Counted from the stretch's first letter, positions 1 to 9,582 are shown. The stretch is 64,000 nt of DNA from an uncultured Clostridia bacterium (GCA_947628215.1 CANQYZ010000006.1:2924-66923), one strand, 5' to 3'. Made by a program: numbers and translations. Notes: generated by a model not told the origin, from the sequence alone.

Positions 1-38
1 TCTTTTTTAACTTTTTTCTTTTCTTTGGTCAAAGTCAT
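1..38 (-). CDS. 5' end of a CDS running off the left edge (MTLTKEKKKVKK...)
   Basis: ATG at 38..36 preceded by an AAGAGGT Shine-Dalgarno. Only 12 codons are visible. Confidence 0.3.
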   Translation of the reverse strand, partial: MTLTKEKKKVKK

Positions 39-163
39 TATTTACCTCTTTCTAAATTATTTTTAATTTTTAAAAATAAAATTCTTACATTAGTTTATTA
101 TAATTTTCTAAAAAATACAATCATTCTATATCCTATTTATTCTAAAAGAATAAAAATATGTTA

Positions 164-228
164 ATAAAAAGCTTTTATATTATTATTTTTATAATAAATT
201 TAATAACATTTTTTATAAATAAATATAA
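164..228. repeat. Copy A of an imperfect ~60-70 bp direct repeat (ataaaaagcttttatattat...aatttaataa.attttttataaataaa)
   Basis: Aligned by eye with 614..688. The two copies bracket the small ORF 276..551. Ends are approximate. Confidence 0.6.
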
Positions 229-275
229 AAAATCCACGTTAAAGTTGAATAATAAAGGAAAAAAATAGTATAATT

Positions 276-551
276 ATGAATAATAATATAAAAAGATATT
301 TCAAAACGAAGGATAGATTTATGGAAAAAAATAATATAAAAAATATAGATGATATAATTGATATTTTATGTGATGGTACAAAAAAAGAAATAGAAGAAGT
401 TTTAGAAAAATATAAAATAAAATATGGCTTTTGTAAAGTTGGAGAATTTTCAATAGAAAGCAGAGTACTAAATATAATGTCAAGAGGACAAGGTATATAT
501 AATCCTAATTGTGTAAAATATTTTGGTTGGAAATATAGTTATAAAAATTAA
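276..551 (+). CDS. hypothetical small protein (91 aa)
   Basis: ORF followed by a hairpin/T-run terminator. No family recognised. Confidence 0.45.
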   Translation: MNNNIKRYFKTKDRFMEKNNIKNIDDIIDILCDGTKKEIEEVLEKYKIKYGFCKVGEFSIESRVLNIMSRGQGIYNPNCVKYFGWKYSYKN

Positions 552-570
552 ATAAGTTGTTAATATATTA

Positions 571-593
571 AAGAGCTGAAATGCTCTTTTTTT
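571..593 (+). terminator. rho-independent terminator after ORF 276..551
   Basis: aagagc-tgaaat-gctctt stem-loop followed by a T-run. Confidence 0.6.
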
Positions 594-613
594 GTGCCTA
601 GAGCACAATGAAA

Positions 614-688
614 ATAAAAAAAGCTTTTATATTATCATTTTTTATAATATTTATAATAAATTTAATAATATTTTTTATAAATAAAATT
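614..688. repeat. Copy B of the direct repeat seen at 164..228
   Basis: Shares the aaaaagcttttatattat...aatttaataa.attttttataaataaa core. Carries a small internal duplication (ataatatttataata). Confidence 0.6.
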
Positions 689-831
689 TAAATTTAATTT
701 CATTTTTATTTTTTCTTATTTATCTTATTTAATAATGTAGAAAACTATACCAAAATCCTTCATTATTTTGCAAAAAAGTATTGTTTTTTTGCCGTTTTTG
801 TAGGATAATATAAGTGTATATTTTTTAAAAG

Positions 832-3222
832 GTGGGAGAAATTTTGAAATTATTTTGGAAATATATAGATAAATTTTTAAAAGTAATAAAAACAGATAGA
901 AATACATTCTTTACATATCTTCTTACATTAGTTTCTGTTTACCTTTGTGTAGATAGAATTGTAGAAGTATTGTTCATGTGTTTCTCTGGAATATCAGTAG
1001 ATTACTGGGGACCATTTATGTACACATTTGCTTTAGCATGTCCTGTATTTGCTTTTCTTTTCTCTGGTGGTTCAAAATTTGCAACAGATGATAAGAAAAA
1101 GTTTTCACTTTTCACATTATATTGTATTGCTTTATACATAATAGGAATATCAATGCTTGTACAATGGTTAAATAAATTATGTTGGATACTTCTATTCTCT
1201 GTTCCAAATTATGATGGAATAGTAAATGGATTTATAGATTTAATAAGACCAGCATTTACTGCTCTTGCTTGTTATATTCCACTTATAACATTTTACCCAT
1301 TCTTTAGAAAAATGTATACAAGTTTCGCTGATACAAAAGATATTAGAGATTCTATAGCAGATTATAATGGTATAGATTTATCTGATACAAAAGAAGGTTG
1401 GGGACCATATACTTGTGAGATGTTCATTTGTAAAGATGGTGAAACTGGCAAGATAGTAAAAATTCCAGAATGTAGAAGATTTGAGTCAACTTTAATTGTT
1501 GGTACTTCTGGATCTGGTAAAACAACAATGGCATTTGAGCCAATGATTGCAAGAGATATAGAAAGAAAATACTTTTTAAGAGAAAGTTCTAAAGAACTTG
1601 GATTTACAGCACTTCGTACTGGACTTGCAACTATATCAAAGCCATATAACAATGATTATATAAATGCAAACTTTTCTTTAAATATGCTTGCTGTTTCTCC
1701 TGGTAAAGAAAAATTATTTAATGCATATTTAAAAGATTTAATATATTTTTCATCAGGAACAAATACAGTATATAAAAACTTAGGTTTAACTTATGTTGCT
1801 CCTGATTATGAATCAGTATCACATATTACTTCAGTATTAGATAATTATGGAATGAAGTACAATTTAGTAGATCCATCAGATGAAAATTCTATTGGTCTTA
1901 ACCCATTTGTATTTCAAGATACAGTAAAAACAGCTTTAGCAATATCTGCTGTTTTAAAGAGAATGTATGAAACAAATAATGTAACTCCTGAAGAAGCATT
2001 TATGCAAAATATTACTTCTCAAGCAATTGAAAATTTAGCTCTTTTATTAAAAGAAATATATCCTGCTTTAAATGAAGGAATGCTTCCAAACTTAGAGGAT
2101 TTACTTAGAATGTTAAATGACTTTTCTTTAGTTGAATCTTTCTGTGAAGAAATGAAAAAAGATGCAGCACTTGCTGAGAAATATAATATTTTACTTACAT
2201 ATTTTAAAAATAATTTCTACGAAGGATCTCGTGGAAGAGAAGATACAGAAAAAGCTCTTCAAGCAGCTTCTTCTCAACTTGAAAATCTACTTAGATTCCC
2301 AGGAGTTAGAAATATCTTATGTAATAGAACTTACAATATAAACTTTGACCAAGCATTAGAAAATGGTGAAATTACAATCATTTGTACAAGACGTGGCGAT
2401 TTAGGATCTGCTGTAAATAAAGCTTTTGGTCTATTTACTCTACTACTTATGCAACATTCAGTAATATCTAGACCTGGTAATGAAAAAACAAGAATACCAC
2501 ACTTCTTATACATAGATGAGTTTCCTCCATTTGTATGTAAAGCTACAGAAGATTTCTTTACTCTATTTAGAAAATATAGAGTTGGTTTAATAATCTCTGC
2601 TCAGAACTTATCACAATTTGGTACAGAAAATGGTGAAAACTATAGACAAACAATTCTTGCTAACTGTACTACAAAGATAGTATTTGGTAATAATACACCA
2701 GAAGATAATAAATGGTGGGAAGAAGAATTTGGTGACAAGAGAGAGTGGACATTCTCTAATAACTATGATACTGAAGAAATGCAATACGATAAAAAATACA
2801 ATAGTGTTAAATGGTCTTGGGTAAGAAACTTTAAAGCTGGTAAAGTTCAATCACAGAAATTTAAAGCAATTATCTATAAGACTAGAGATATCAAAGGAAA
2901 GATGGTTGTTGGTAAAGGAAAGCTTGATTTCTTGGAAGCAAAATATAAAGAAAAACATCCAACAAAAATCTATAACTTCTCTAAATATTCTGGAAATGCT
3001 GTTCAAACAGATGAAGATGTTGAAAAACCAGAATCAATATCAGTTATAAATAATAGTGGTTTAAAAGCACTTTTAAATAATAGATTTATTCCTGGTGAAT
3101 TTGATGAAAATGATCCTATTCAAAATAATACAACAGATATGAGATATTTCTTTGAAAACGGAAACGCTATTAGTTTTAATTTAAATAACAATAATGATAA
3201 TGATGATTCAGATCAACTTTAA
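832..3222 (+). CDS. TraG/VirD4/TcpA-like type IV coupling ATPase (membrane-anchored P-loop NTPase)
   Basis: Hydrophobic N-terminal segments, Walker A GTSGSGKTT and a Walker B-like FLYIDEF. The start is GTG 832 or TTG 844, after GGTGGGAG. Confidence 0.7.
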   Translation: MGEILKLFWKYIDKFLKVIKTDRNTFFTYLLTLVSVYLCVDRIVEVLFMCFSGISVDYWGPFMYTFALACPVFAFLFSGGSKFATDDKKKFSLFTLYCIALYIIGISMLVQWLNKLCWILLFSVPNYDGIVNGFIDLIRPAFTALACYIPLITFYPFFRKMYTSFADTKDIRDSIADYNGIDLSDTKEGWGPYTCEMFICKDGETGKIVKIPECRRFESTLIVGTSGSGKTTMAFEPMIARDIERKYFLRESSKELGFTALRTGLATISKPYNNDYINANFSLNMLAVSPGKEKLFNAYLKDLIYFSSGTNTVYKNLGLTYVAPDYESVSHITSVLDNYGMKYNLVDPSDENSIGLNPFVFQDTVKTALAISAVLKRMYETNNVTPEEAFMQNITSQAIENLALLLKEIYPALNEGMLPNLEDLLRMLNDFSLVESFCEEMKKDAALAEKYNILLTYFKNNFYEGSRGREDTEKALQAASSQLENLLRFPGVRNILCNRTYNINFDQALENGEITIICTRRGDLGSAVNKAFGLFTLLLMQHSVISRPGNEKTRIPHFLYIDEFPPFVCKATEDFFTLFRKYRVGLIISAQNLSQFGTENGENYRQTILANCTTKIVFGNNTPEDNKWWEEEFGDKREWTFSNNYDTEEMQYDKKYNSVKWSWVRNFKAGKVQSQKFKAIIYKTRDIKGKMVVGKGKLDFLEAKYKEKHPTKIYNFSKYSGNAVQTDEDVEKPESISVINNSGLKALLNNRFIPGEFDENDPIQNNTTDMRYFFENGNAISFNLNNNNDNDDSDQL

Positions 3223-3254
3223 AATATAAAATAAAAAAGCAATGAAATAACATA

Positions 3255-3287
3255 AAAAATAAGCCTTTAATTGAGGCTTATTTTTTA
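3255..3287. terminator. bidirectional hairpin terminator between convergent genes
   Basis: aataagcct-ttaattg-aggcttatt stem flanked by an A-run and a T-run. Confidence 0.7.
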
Positions 3288-3306
3288 TTCTTATTTTTTA
3301 TTTTAA

Positions 3307-4242
3307 TTATCCTAGCAATTTTACTTCTATATTATTCATCTTATATTTTCCAGTCTTTTCATCTGTTCCAAATTCTACTAATGATTTATCAAGCTTAGTA
3401 CTATTTTGACTTAAGTCTGCTGTAAAATATATTTTTATATTTTTAAGTTCTATTTTATTTGTTACTATTTCTTTAAACATTTCTATCATATGTTTTTCAT
3501 CTTCAGCAACTAATATTAATTGTGGTGGTCTTTCATATCCAGAATCAAATTGTACAAAGTTTTCATAAAAGTCTTCATATAATTTCATTCTTTCTACAAA
3601 TCTTGTTTGCCACTCCTCTTCTCTTCTTACAGCTTCAAAAACAAAATCTAGACTTGTTTTATTTTTTGTAAGTTTAACACCAGCATTTGCTTTAAAAGTT
3701 TTTCCAGCTTTTTTTGCTGTTATAGCAGGCTTTACTGTATAAGTATCAAAAGCTGCAACTTTTCTCATATAAGCTATTATAATTTGGTTTCCAGCTAATC
3801 TCTTTTTAATCATAACTACTGGTTTAGTATTATCAGTTGGTTGCCATTTACATTCTATATTTCTTGAATTTAATAAATATTTACCCATTTTTTCTAGGCA
3901 ATATACTCTATATATACATTTTCCATCTTCACTTGAAAAATAATATCTTGTAAGTATTTTAGTTTTTATTAATTGCTCTAGCTTATTATTTAATTTATCT
4001 TGAGATTTTATATCAACATTTCTATGAACTAGAATTTGATAAATCTGTCTTGATGTCATAAATTCAAATTCATTTACAAGTTCTAGTATTTTAAAATGAA
4101 TTTCTGAAATATGTCCTAAATTTATTCTATGAATAATTTGATTTATAGAAACATATCCATCCTTTCCATCAAATGTTTTAATTTCTCCTTCTTTCATTGC
4201 AAATGGAGATACTTGTGTTTTGATTTTCTCATCTTCTACCAT
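3307..4242 (-). CDS. replication-relaxation family protein (mobile-element associated)
   Basis: 311 aa ORF with an AGGAGG RBS. Sequence pattern is typical of Replic_Relax proteins that accompany coupling ATPases on Firmicute plasmids and ICEs. Confidence 0.6.
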   Translation of the reverse strand: MVEDEKIKTQVSPFAMKEGEIKTFDGKDGYVSINQIIHRINLGHISEIHFKILELVNEFEFMTSRQIYQILVHRNVDIKSQDKLNNKLEQLIKTKILTRYYFSSEDGKCIYRVYCLEKMGKYLLNSRNIECKWQPTDNTKPVVMIKKRLAGNQIIIAYMRKVAAFDTYTVKPAITAKKAGKTFKANAGVKLTKNKTSLDFVFEAVRREEEWQTRFVERMKLYEDFYENFVQFDSGYERPPQLILVAEDEKHMIEMFKEIVTNKIELKNIKIYFTADLSQNSTKLDKSLVEFGTDEKTGKYKMNNIEVKLLG

Positions 4243-4276
4243 TTTTTAATCCTCCTATTTAAATTATTATTTAGGT

Positions 4277-4789
4277 TTACACAATTAACAATTTTATTTT
4301 TTTCTTATCTTTAACAATCCTTTTAATAAAAACATCAACAGTTTGTCCATACTCATAACCATCTTTATATTCTGCAAGTCCTACTAAGTTTGGTTTAAGT
4401 TCAATAAAGATTCCATTTCCTTGTTTTTCTACTTCTCTTACTATTCCTTTTACTTTTGAACCTTCTTCATATTCTTTAGCATTATCTTCCCATGATCCTA
4501 AAAGCTCTTTATGAGTAAATTCAACTCTGTTTAAATCTTTGTCAACAGATTTTATCATAACATCTATCTTTTGTCCAACTTTAAATCTTTCCTCTGGGCT
4601 TTTAATTCTCGATACAGATATATCTTCTATATGAAGTAATCCTACTACTCCATTACTTAGCTCAACAAATGCTCCAAAAGGTTTTATATTTTTTACTGTC
4701 CCTGATAGAACTTCTCCTGTCTTTGCTTCATTTTGTATCCACTCTATTCCCTCTTCTGAAATAAACTTTTTTGGATATTTATTATTCAT
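4277..4789 (-). CDS. S1 RNA-binding domain protein (two S1 motifs, YabR/GSP13-like)
   Basis: GTVKNIKPFGAFVEL and KVKGIVREVEKQGNGIFIEL S1-fold signatures. Confidence 0.75.
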   Translation of the reverse strand: MNNKYPKKFISEEGIEWIQNEAKTGEVLSGTVKNIKPFGAFVELSNGVVGLLHIEDISVSRIKSPEERFKVGQKIDVMIKSVDKDLNRVEFTHKELLGSWEDNAKEYEEGSKVKGIVREVEKQGNGIFIELKPNLVGLAEYKDGYEYGQTVDVFIKRIVKDKKKIKLLIV

Positions 4790-4836
4790 TTTAACTTTTC
4801 TCCTTATCTTTCGTATTTTCTATATCTATATTATCA

Positions 4837-5556
4837 CTATTTTAACAAATATGCTACTTCTTTTTCACTTAAATATTTAAATTTTCCAATCTTTAAATCT
4901 GATACTGATATATTGCCAATCTTACTTCTATGTAGCGCTAAAACATGTTTTCCGATTGCCTCACACATTCGTCTTATTTGTCTATTTTTTCCTTCATGTA
5001 TTGTGATTTCAAGTCTTGTTCTATTGTTTTCTATATCTTCTTTTATCTTTCTAACATTAGCCTTTGAAGTAGTAAATCCATCGTCTAAAGTTACTCCATC
5101 TCTTAATTTTTTAATTTCTTCATCAGATACTTTTCCTTTTAAAGTTACTGTATATGTTTTTGTAATTTCATGTTTTGGATGAGTAACTTTATATACAAAA
5201 TCGCCATCATTTGTAAGAATTAATGCACCAGATGTATACATATCAAGTCTTCCGTACCGGTACTAGTCTTTTTCCTATTCTTACTAAATCTAATACTTTA
5301 TCTCTTCCGAAATTGTTCTTTAGCTGTAGTAACATATCCTATTGGCTTATTTAAAAGTATATATACAAATTCTTCTTGTTTTTTTACCTCTTTATTATCA
5401 AATAAAACAACATCTTTATCTGTATCTACTTTTGTTCCAAGTTCAGTAACTATTTTTCCATTCACACTTACTCTTCCGATTTAGTATAAACTCTTCACAT
5501 TTTCTTCTAGATGCTACTCCAGAATTTGCTAAGAATTTTTGTAATCTTTCAATCAC
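4837..5556 (-). CDS. rluB: pseudouridine synthase RluB/RsuA family, frame interrupted at three C-GGA sites (5478, 5309, 5254)
   Basis: Skipping the three C bases gives 239 codons with an S4 domain and the PVGRLD..TSG motif. GTG start at 5556. As written it would be annotated as frameshifted. Confidence 0.8.
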
Positions 5557-5558
5557 TT

Positions 5559-6488
5559 TTAAATTTCTTCTCCTTCTAATTTTTCTAAAACTTTTTTAAA
5601 ATATTCTGGAAGCTCTGCTTCAAATTCTACTCTTTTTTTTGTTTCCGGATGAATAAATTCTATTTTTTTAGCATGAAGCATTTGTCCTTCTACTCCAAAT
5701 GGATTTCTTCCATTTGAATAAACTAAATCTCCAACTATTGGATATCCGATTTCAGACATATGAACTCTTATTTGATGAGTTCTTCCAGTTTCTATATTTA
5801 CTTCTATATAAGTATAATTTTTAAATTTTTCTAAAACTTTAACATGTGTTATAGCACTTTTTCCATCTCTTCTAACAGCCATTTTCTTTCTGTCTTTATC
5901 ACTTCTTCCAATTGGCATATTGATAGTTGCTTCATTTTCCTTTATTCTTCCACGAACTAGTGCTACATATGTCTTTTTTACAGTATGATTTTTTATTTGA
6001 TTACTTATATCAATATGAGCTTTATCATTTTTGGCAATAATCAAAACTCCTGATGTATCTTTATCAATTCTATGTACAATACCAGGTCTTATAACTCCAC
6101 CAATACCAGATAATGAATCTTTGCAATGTGCCATTACAGCATTTGCAAGTGTTCCTTCTTTGTTTCCATTTCCAGGATGAACTACCATTCCTTTTTCTTT
6201 ATTTACAATTAGTATATCATTATCTTCATAAATAATATTTAAAGGAATATTTTCAGGCTTCATTTCTGACTCTTTTGGAAGTTCTTTTATTATTCTTACT
6301 TTGTCACCTAATTTTACTTTATATGATGCTTTTTCTTCTTTTCCATTTACAAGAATATTTTTACTTTCTATCATTCTTCCTGCTGACATTCTAGAAATTT
6401 TTTCATCTAAAATAGTAACTACTTTATCTAGTCTTAAAGAAGCTTCTTTTTCAGTTATTTCATAAACTTTTTCTTCCAAATTATACAT
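5559..6488 (-). CDS. rluD: 23S rRNA pseudouridine synthase RluD family
   Basis: S4 domain plus the HRIDKDTSGVLI and GRTHQIRVH motifs. The ATG at 6488 overlaps the upstream stop. Confidence 0.9.
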   Translation of the reverse strand: MYNLEEKVYEITEKEASLRLDKVVTILDEKISRMSAGRMIESKNILVNGKEEKASYKVKLGDKVRIIKELPKESEMKPENIPLNIIYEDNDILIVNKEKGMVVHPGNGNKEGTLANAVMAHCKDSLSGIGGVIRPGIVHRIDKDTSGVLIIAKNDKAHIDISNQIKNHTVKKTYVALVRGRIKENEATINMPIGRSDKDRKKMAVRRDGKSAITHVKVLEKFKNYTYIEVNIETGRTHQIRVHMSEIGYPIVGDLVYSNGRNPFGVEGQMLHAKKIEFIHPETKKRVEFEAELPEYFKKVLEKLEGEEI

Positions 6489-8148
6489 TCCTTTCAAATA
6501 TAGTAAATCCATCTCTATTAAATAAAATCTTATATCTATTATCACGTCTTAATATCATAGAAAGTTTTGAATTAGAATAAGATATTACATGTGTTATTCC
6601 ATAATGATTAAATACTGCTTCATGATTTGTAGATATTGTAACTACTCTTTGAACATCCATAAATATGTCTCTTCCGTCTTCTTTTTTTCCAGTTGGAGAA
6701 TTAAACTCTGGTGTATATAAATCACATCTAGAATCTATCATAACTGGAATATCTTGAAACAATAAATAACTTCCATAGTTGTATTCATTAAATAATCTTA
6801 TTTGTTTTAAATCTAAATTATTTTTTATCCATTCTGCAGCAGATATTGGATAATTATTAGTTATATAAACATCATTTTTCTTTTGTTTATAAAATCTTAC
6901 ACTTACTAATGTAACAATGCATAAAATAAGTGTCATTCCAACTACTCCACTAAATGTTAAGAATAACTTTTTATTTAGTTTTGGTATATGATTATCAAAT
7001 AAATTTGAAAACATTTCTACTACAATTGGAATTCCGAATAAAGTAAGCATTGAAAACTGTCTTCTAGTCATAAATGTAAGTGCTATTAATCCTATTAAGA
7101 AAAATATATTTTTAGCTCTTACTTTTGTATCTGTAAATATTAATATTGCGAGTGTTACTATTAAAAATACAGTACATTGTTTATTATTTATAAGAGTTAA
7201 TGGTAAATGTTCATTTATTACTTTAGTTGTATTTCCAGTCATTGTCTTATATAAGTAAGTATATGGTGTTGTAGTTCCTATTGGAGTTAAAAGTCCTGTT
7301 AAAATACATATAAGAGCAATTAAAATAAGCCATTTTCCATTTTTATTTCTTTCTACTTTTATTTTATATGGATTTTCTCTAATCTTTTCTCTATTTTCTT
7401 TATGCTTTGCAATTTTTTCTTTTTCATTTTCTATTTTTTCACCAAATTTAAATTTGCTTAATTTAGAAAACTTATTTAATACTTTAAATACTAATATCTT
7501 AAGTCTTAAAAATAAGTCAATATTTATAATATCTAGTGAGATTATATATTCTGCTATATATGGAAGGTACAAAACAAAATAAAATGGCCAAACTGCAACA
7601 TGTAGATTTGCAATTAAAATTGGTATCAAAATAAGCAATATTCCATATCTTTTCTTTCCCGTATCTAAAAACTTTTCAATACAAAGGATAGTTATTAAAA
7701 ATAATATAAAAGTTACAAGTTGTGCCCTTGCTGCAATATATGGTTTTAAACAATACATTCCAAGTAACGTTCCGACTAATGAAAATAAACTATTTTTAGA
7801 AAGTTTATTACATACCATATACATAAATATTCCAAGCAAAGCTCCAAATACAATAGTAGATGCATATATTCCGTCCCAGCTAAAAACATTATAAATATTA
7901 AACATCATAAAATCATAAAGCCAGTGTGGAAAAGTATATGGAAGATTATGCCATGAAAATGGATCTTGAGTTAAATTAGATATTCCATTTTTAGAAATGT
8001 ATTCTCCAATCTTTATTGTATAATATGTATCATTTTGAAGTGTTTTTGGTGCTATAGCTATAGCAAATAATACAATACATATAATTGCAACTACATGAAA
8101 TCTTACCTTTAAAATCTTATCTTTATTTTTTGTTTTTGTCTCTTCCAT
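6481..8148 (-). CDS. polytopic membrane protein, possibly an ArnT/PMT-like glycosyltransferase
   Basis: 555 aa with many hydrophobic helices. Family assignment is tentative. Confidence 0.6.
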   Translation of the reverse strand: MEETKTKNKDKILKVRFHVVAIICIVLFAIAIAPKTLQNDTYYTIKIGEYISKNGISNLTQDPFSWHNLPYTFPHWLYDFMMFNIYNVFSWDGIYASTIVFGALLGIFMYMVCNKLSKNSLFSLVGTLLGMYCLKPYIAARAQLVTFILFLITILCIEKFLDTGKKRYGILLILIPILIANLHVAVWPFYFVLYLPYIAEYIISLDIINIDLFLRLKILVFKVLNKFSKLSKFKFGEKIENEKEKIAKHKENREKIRENPYKIKVERNKNGKWLILIALICILTGLLTPIGTTTPYTYLYKTMTGNTTKVINEHLPLTLINNKQCTVFLIVTLAILIFTDTKVRAKNIFFLIGLIALTFMTRRQFSMLTLFGIPIVVEMFSNLFDNHIPKLNKKLFLTFSGVVGMTLILCIVTLVSVRFYKQKKNDVYITNNYPISAAEWIKNNLDLKQIRLFNEYNYGSYLLFQDIPVMIDSRCDLYTPEFNSPTGKKEDGRDIFMDVQRVVTISTNHEAVFNHYGITHVISYSNSKLSMILRRDNRYKILFNRDGFTIFERNV

Positions 8149-8270
8149 TATTTATCTCCTAAAAGTTAAAAATTACTTAAAATATTATATCAAAAAGCCT
8201 CTCTTCTTTCAATCAGAAAGCAAATTTAATTATTCTCTTTTTTAGATTAATATATGCATAAATTTAAAGC

Positions 8271-8310
8271 AAAATAAAAAGCCCTAGGAAGCATTTCTGC
8301 TCCAAGGACT
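8271..8310 (-). terminator. terminator of GC-rich cassette 1
   Basis: Minus strand shows the imperfect hairpin CCTTGGAGC-AGAAAT-GCTTCCTAGG followed by GCTTTTTATTTT. Confidence 0.55.
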
Positions 8311-8322
8311 TCTGCCAGGCCA

Positions 8323-8697
8323 TCAGATGATGATGACAAGCGCCAGGGTGGCGGCAACCACTCCGAGGATACGGCTAACCGTCTGACCCATTCCGGCTCT
8401 GATAAAGGCATCTCCCGAGCCTCTATAGATCCTAGGCAGGAAGAGCGCAATCTGGCGGAACAACCATCCAATTCCTTGAATGATAGACCGGCAGATGTAG
8501 CCCAAGCCCCTCATCAGTCCGCCGACAACAGTGGAGCCCAGATTGTTGGAGATTCTAACCCCCACCGCACTGAACGTCAGCACCAAGCCCGCGATGATGA
8601 TGAAGATGATCATGACCGGCTCAAACGCCCCCATCAAGATGGCTCCGACCTGGGGTACTACAATACCCGTGATCGCCAGATACAAAAGCACCAGCAT
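8323..8697 (-). CDS. orphan small membrane protein (124 aa) in GC-rich cassette 1
   Basis: GGAAGGAG RBS 7 nt before the ATG. Three to four hydrophobic helices, G/C-rich third codon positions, own promoter and terminator. Confidence 0.7.
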   Translation of the reverse strand: MLVLLYLAITGIVVPQVGAILMGAFEPVMIIFIIIAGLVLTFSAVGVRISNNLGSTVVGGLMRGLGYICRSIIQGIGWLFRQIALFLPRIYRGSGDAFIRAGMGQTVSRILGVVAATLALVIII

Positions 8698-8811
8698 TCT
8701 TATTCTCCTTCCTATTTTGCAAGCTATCTATGATGAACATCTGACTTTTTAGGGTCAAATGATTGAAAAGGGAATTTTCGATATTTAGCAAAATGCCTAT
8801 ATCTATTTACT

Positions 8812-8839
8812 ATTATACCATATTTTATGTAAATTTCAA
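8812..8839 (-). promoter_or_regulatory. sigma-A type promoter of cassette 1 (TTGAAA-N16-TGgTATAAT)
   Basis: Read on the minus strand. The -10 is at 8817..8812 and the -35 at 8839..8834. A leader of about 115 nt follows. Confidence 0.6.
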
Positions 8840-8844
8840 AAAAA

Positions 8845-8875
8845 TTCTAAAGCAAGTTTGCTTTAGAATTAAAAT
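8845..8875 (-). terminator. terminator of the Bat-like operon
   Basis: The minus strand reads ttctaaagcaaacttgctttagaa (perfect palindromic stem) followed by a T-run. Confidence 0.75.
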
Positions 8876-8882
8876 ATATTTC

Positions 8883-9563
8883 TTACCATTTCTTTCCTGA
8901 ATAATACTGATATGTCTCTTTCATATTTCTCATTTCTTCTTCTCTTTCAGCTGACGTATTTTCAAGCATTTCAACTAACTCTTGTTCTTGTGTTTGCGTA
9001 TTTTCTGGATCATTTTCTTCTTGTTCTTCAGGTTTTTCTTCTGGATTTTCCTCTTCTTCACTATCCATTTTTTCTTTTAGCTCTTTTTCAATCTCATCAA
9101 TCTCTTCTTTTAATTTTTGAGCTTCTATGCTATGACCATCTCCATCTTCTCTTGCACAATCTTCTTCTAAAAGTACATCTTTTGCTTTTTTTAATTTATC
9201 TAAAGTATCTTCTATATTTTCTTTTGCATCATAATCGCTTTTTATAGTTCCTATTCTTGCTAAAGCTAAATTTATTCTGATACTACATTCTTTCTTTTCT
9301 GGAATGTTTTCAATTTCTAATGCTTCTTCATATTCTTTTATTGCATCTGCAAATTCATTTTCTTCGTAATGTTTATTTCCTAGATTATAATATACTACAT
9401 ATGGTTCTTCGAAATTAAGCCATAGAAAATTTTCAAAATTAGCACTTTCTATATCTCCATCATCTAATTTTGCAATATAATATTTATTTAAAATAAAAGT
9501 TCCTGCAAACTTTATAAAAACAATAATCAGCACTATATAAATAAGAATAAGTACTTTTTTCAT
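8883..9563 (-). CDS. membrane-anchored TPR-like protein with an acidic tail (BatC-like)
   Basis: N-terminal TM segment, a TPR-like YNLGNKHYEENEFADAIKEYEEAL motif and its position in the operon. Confidence 0.6.
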   Translation of the reverse strand: MKKVLILIYIVLIIVFIKFAGTFILNKYYIAKLDDGDIESANFENFLWLNFEEPYVVYYNLGNKHYEENEFADAIKEYEEALEIENIPEKKECSIRINLALARIGTIKSDYDAKENIEDTLDKLKKAKDVLLEEDCAREDGDGHSIEAQKLKEEIDEIEKELKEKMDSEEEENPEEKPEEQEENDPENTQTQEQELVEMLENTSAEREEEMRNMKETYQYYSGKKW

Positions 9564-9582
9564 TTTGTGTTCCTTCCAAATT

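Noticed and set aside
1362-1652. Many antisense or overlapping ORFs of 60-126 aa in the track. Examples are 725..907, 1362..1652, 2331..2513, 2611..2850, 4129..4314, 4913..5182, 8912..9247, 10003..10185, 10678..11004, 12449..12759, 20065..20298, 20494..20850, 22959..23234, 24159..24359, 25183..25380, 25536..25721, 26567..26899, 27199..27599, 33584..33772, 34711..35043, 35370..35555, 35777..36019, 44476..44670, 44773..44964, 46277..46480, 47295..47480, 50856..51056, 51945..52262, 52657..53037, 53403..53717, 54381..54584, 54957..55438, 56148..56613(+), 59286..59728, 60369..60898, 60846..61037 and 61808..62101.
   Set aside because: They lie opposite to, or out of frame with, well-supported genes. 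Their translations are low-complexity (Leu/Phe/Ile/Ser-rich). They lack ribosome-binding sites.
8247-8752. Track ORFs 8247..8471(-), 8476..8733(+) and 8531..8752(+), which overlap cassette 1.
   Set aside because: These are shadow frames of a G+C-rich coding region, where stop codons are rare in every frame. They have no RBS or promoter in the right orientation. Only 8323..8697(-) has an RBS, a promoter, a terminator and a coherent membrane-protein sequence.
8271-8760. The possibility that the G+C-rich islands are structured RNA genes (rRNA fragment, RNase P RNA, tmRNA, group II intron), as is usual for GC peaks in AT-rich genomes.
   Set aside because: I could find no conserved RNA signatures (for example the RNase P GAGGAAAGTCC motif, or a tmRNA tag reading frame and CCA end). 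Each island contains one clean ORF with a strong Shine-Dalgarno and G/C enrichment at third codon positions.
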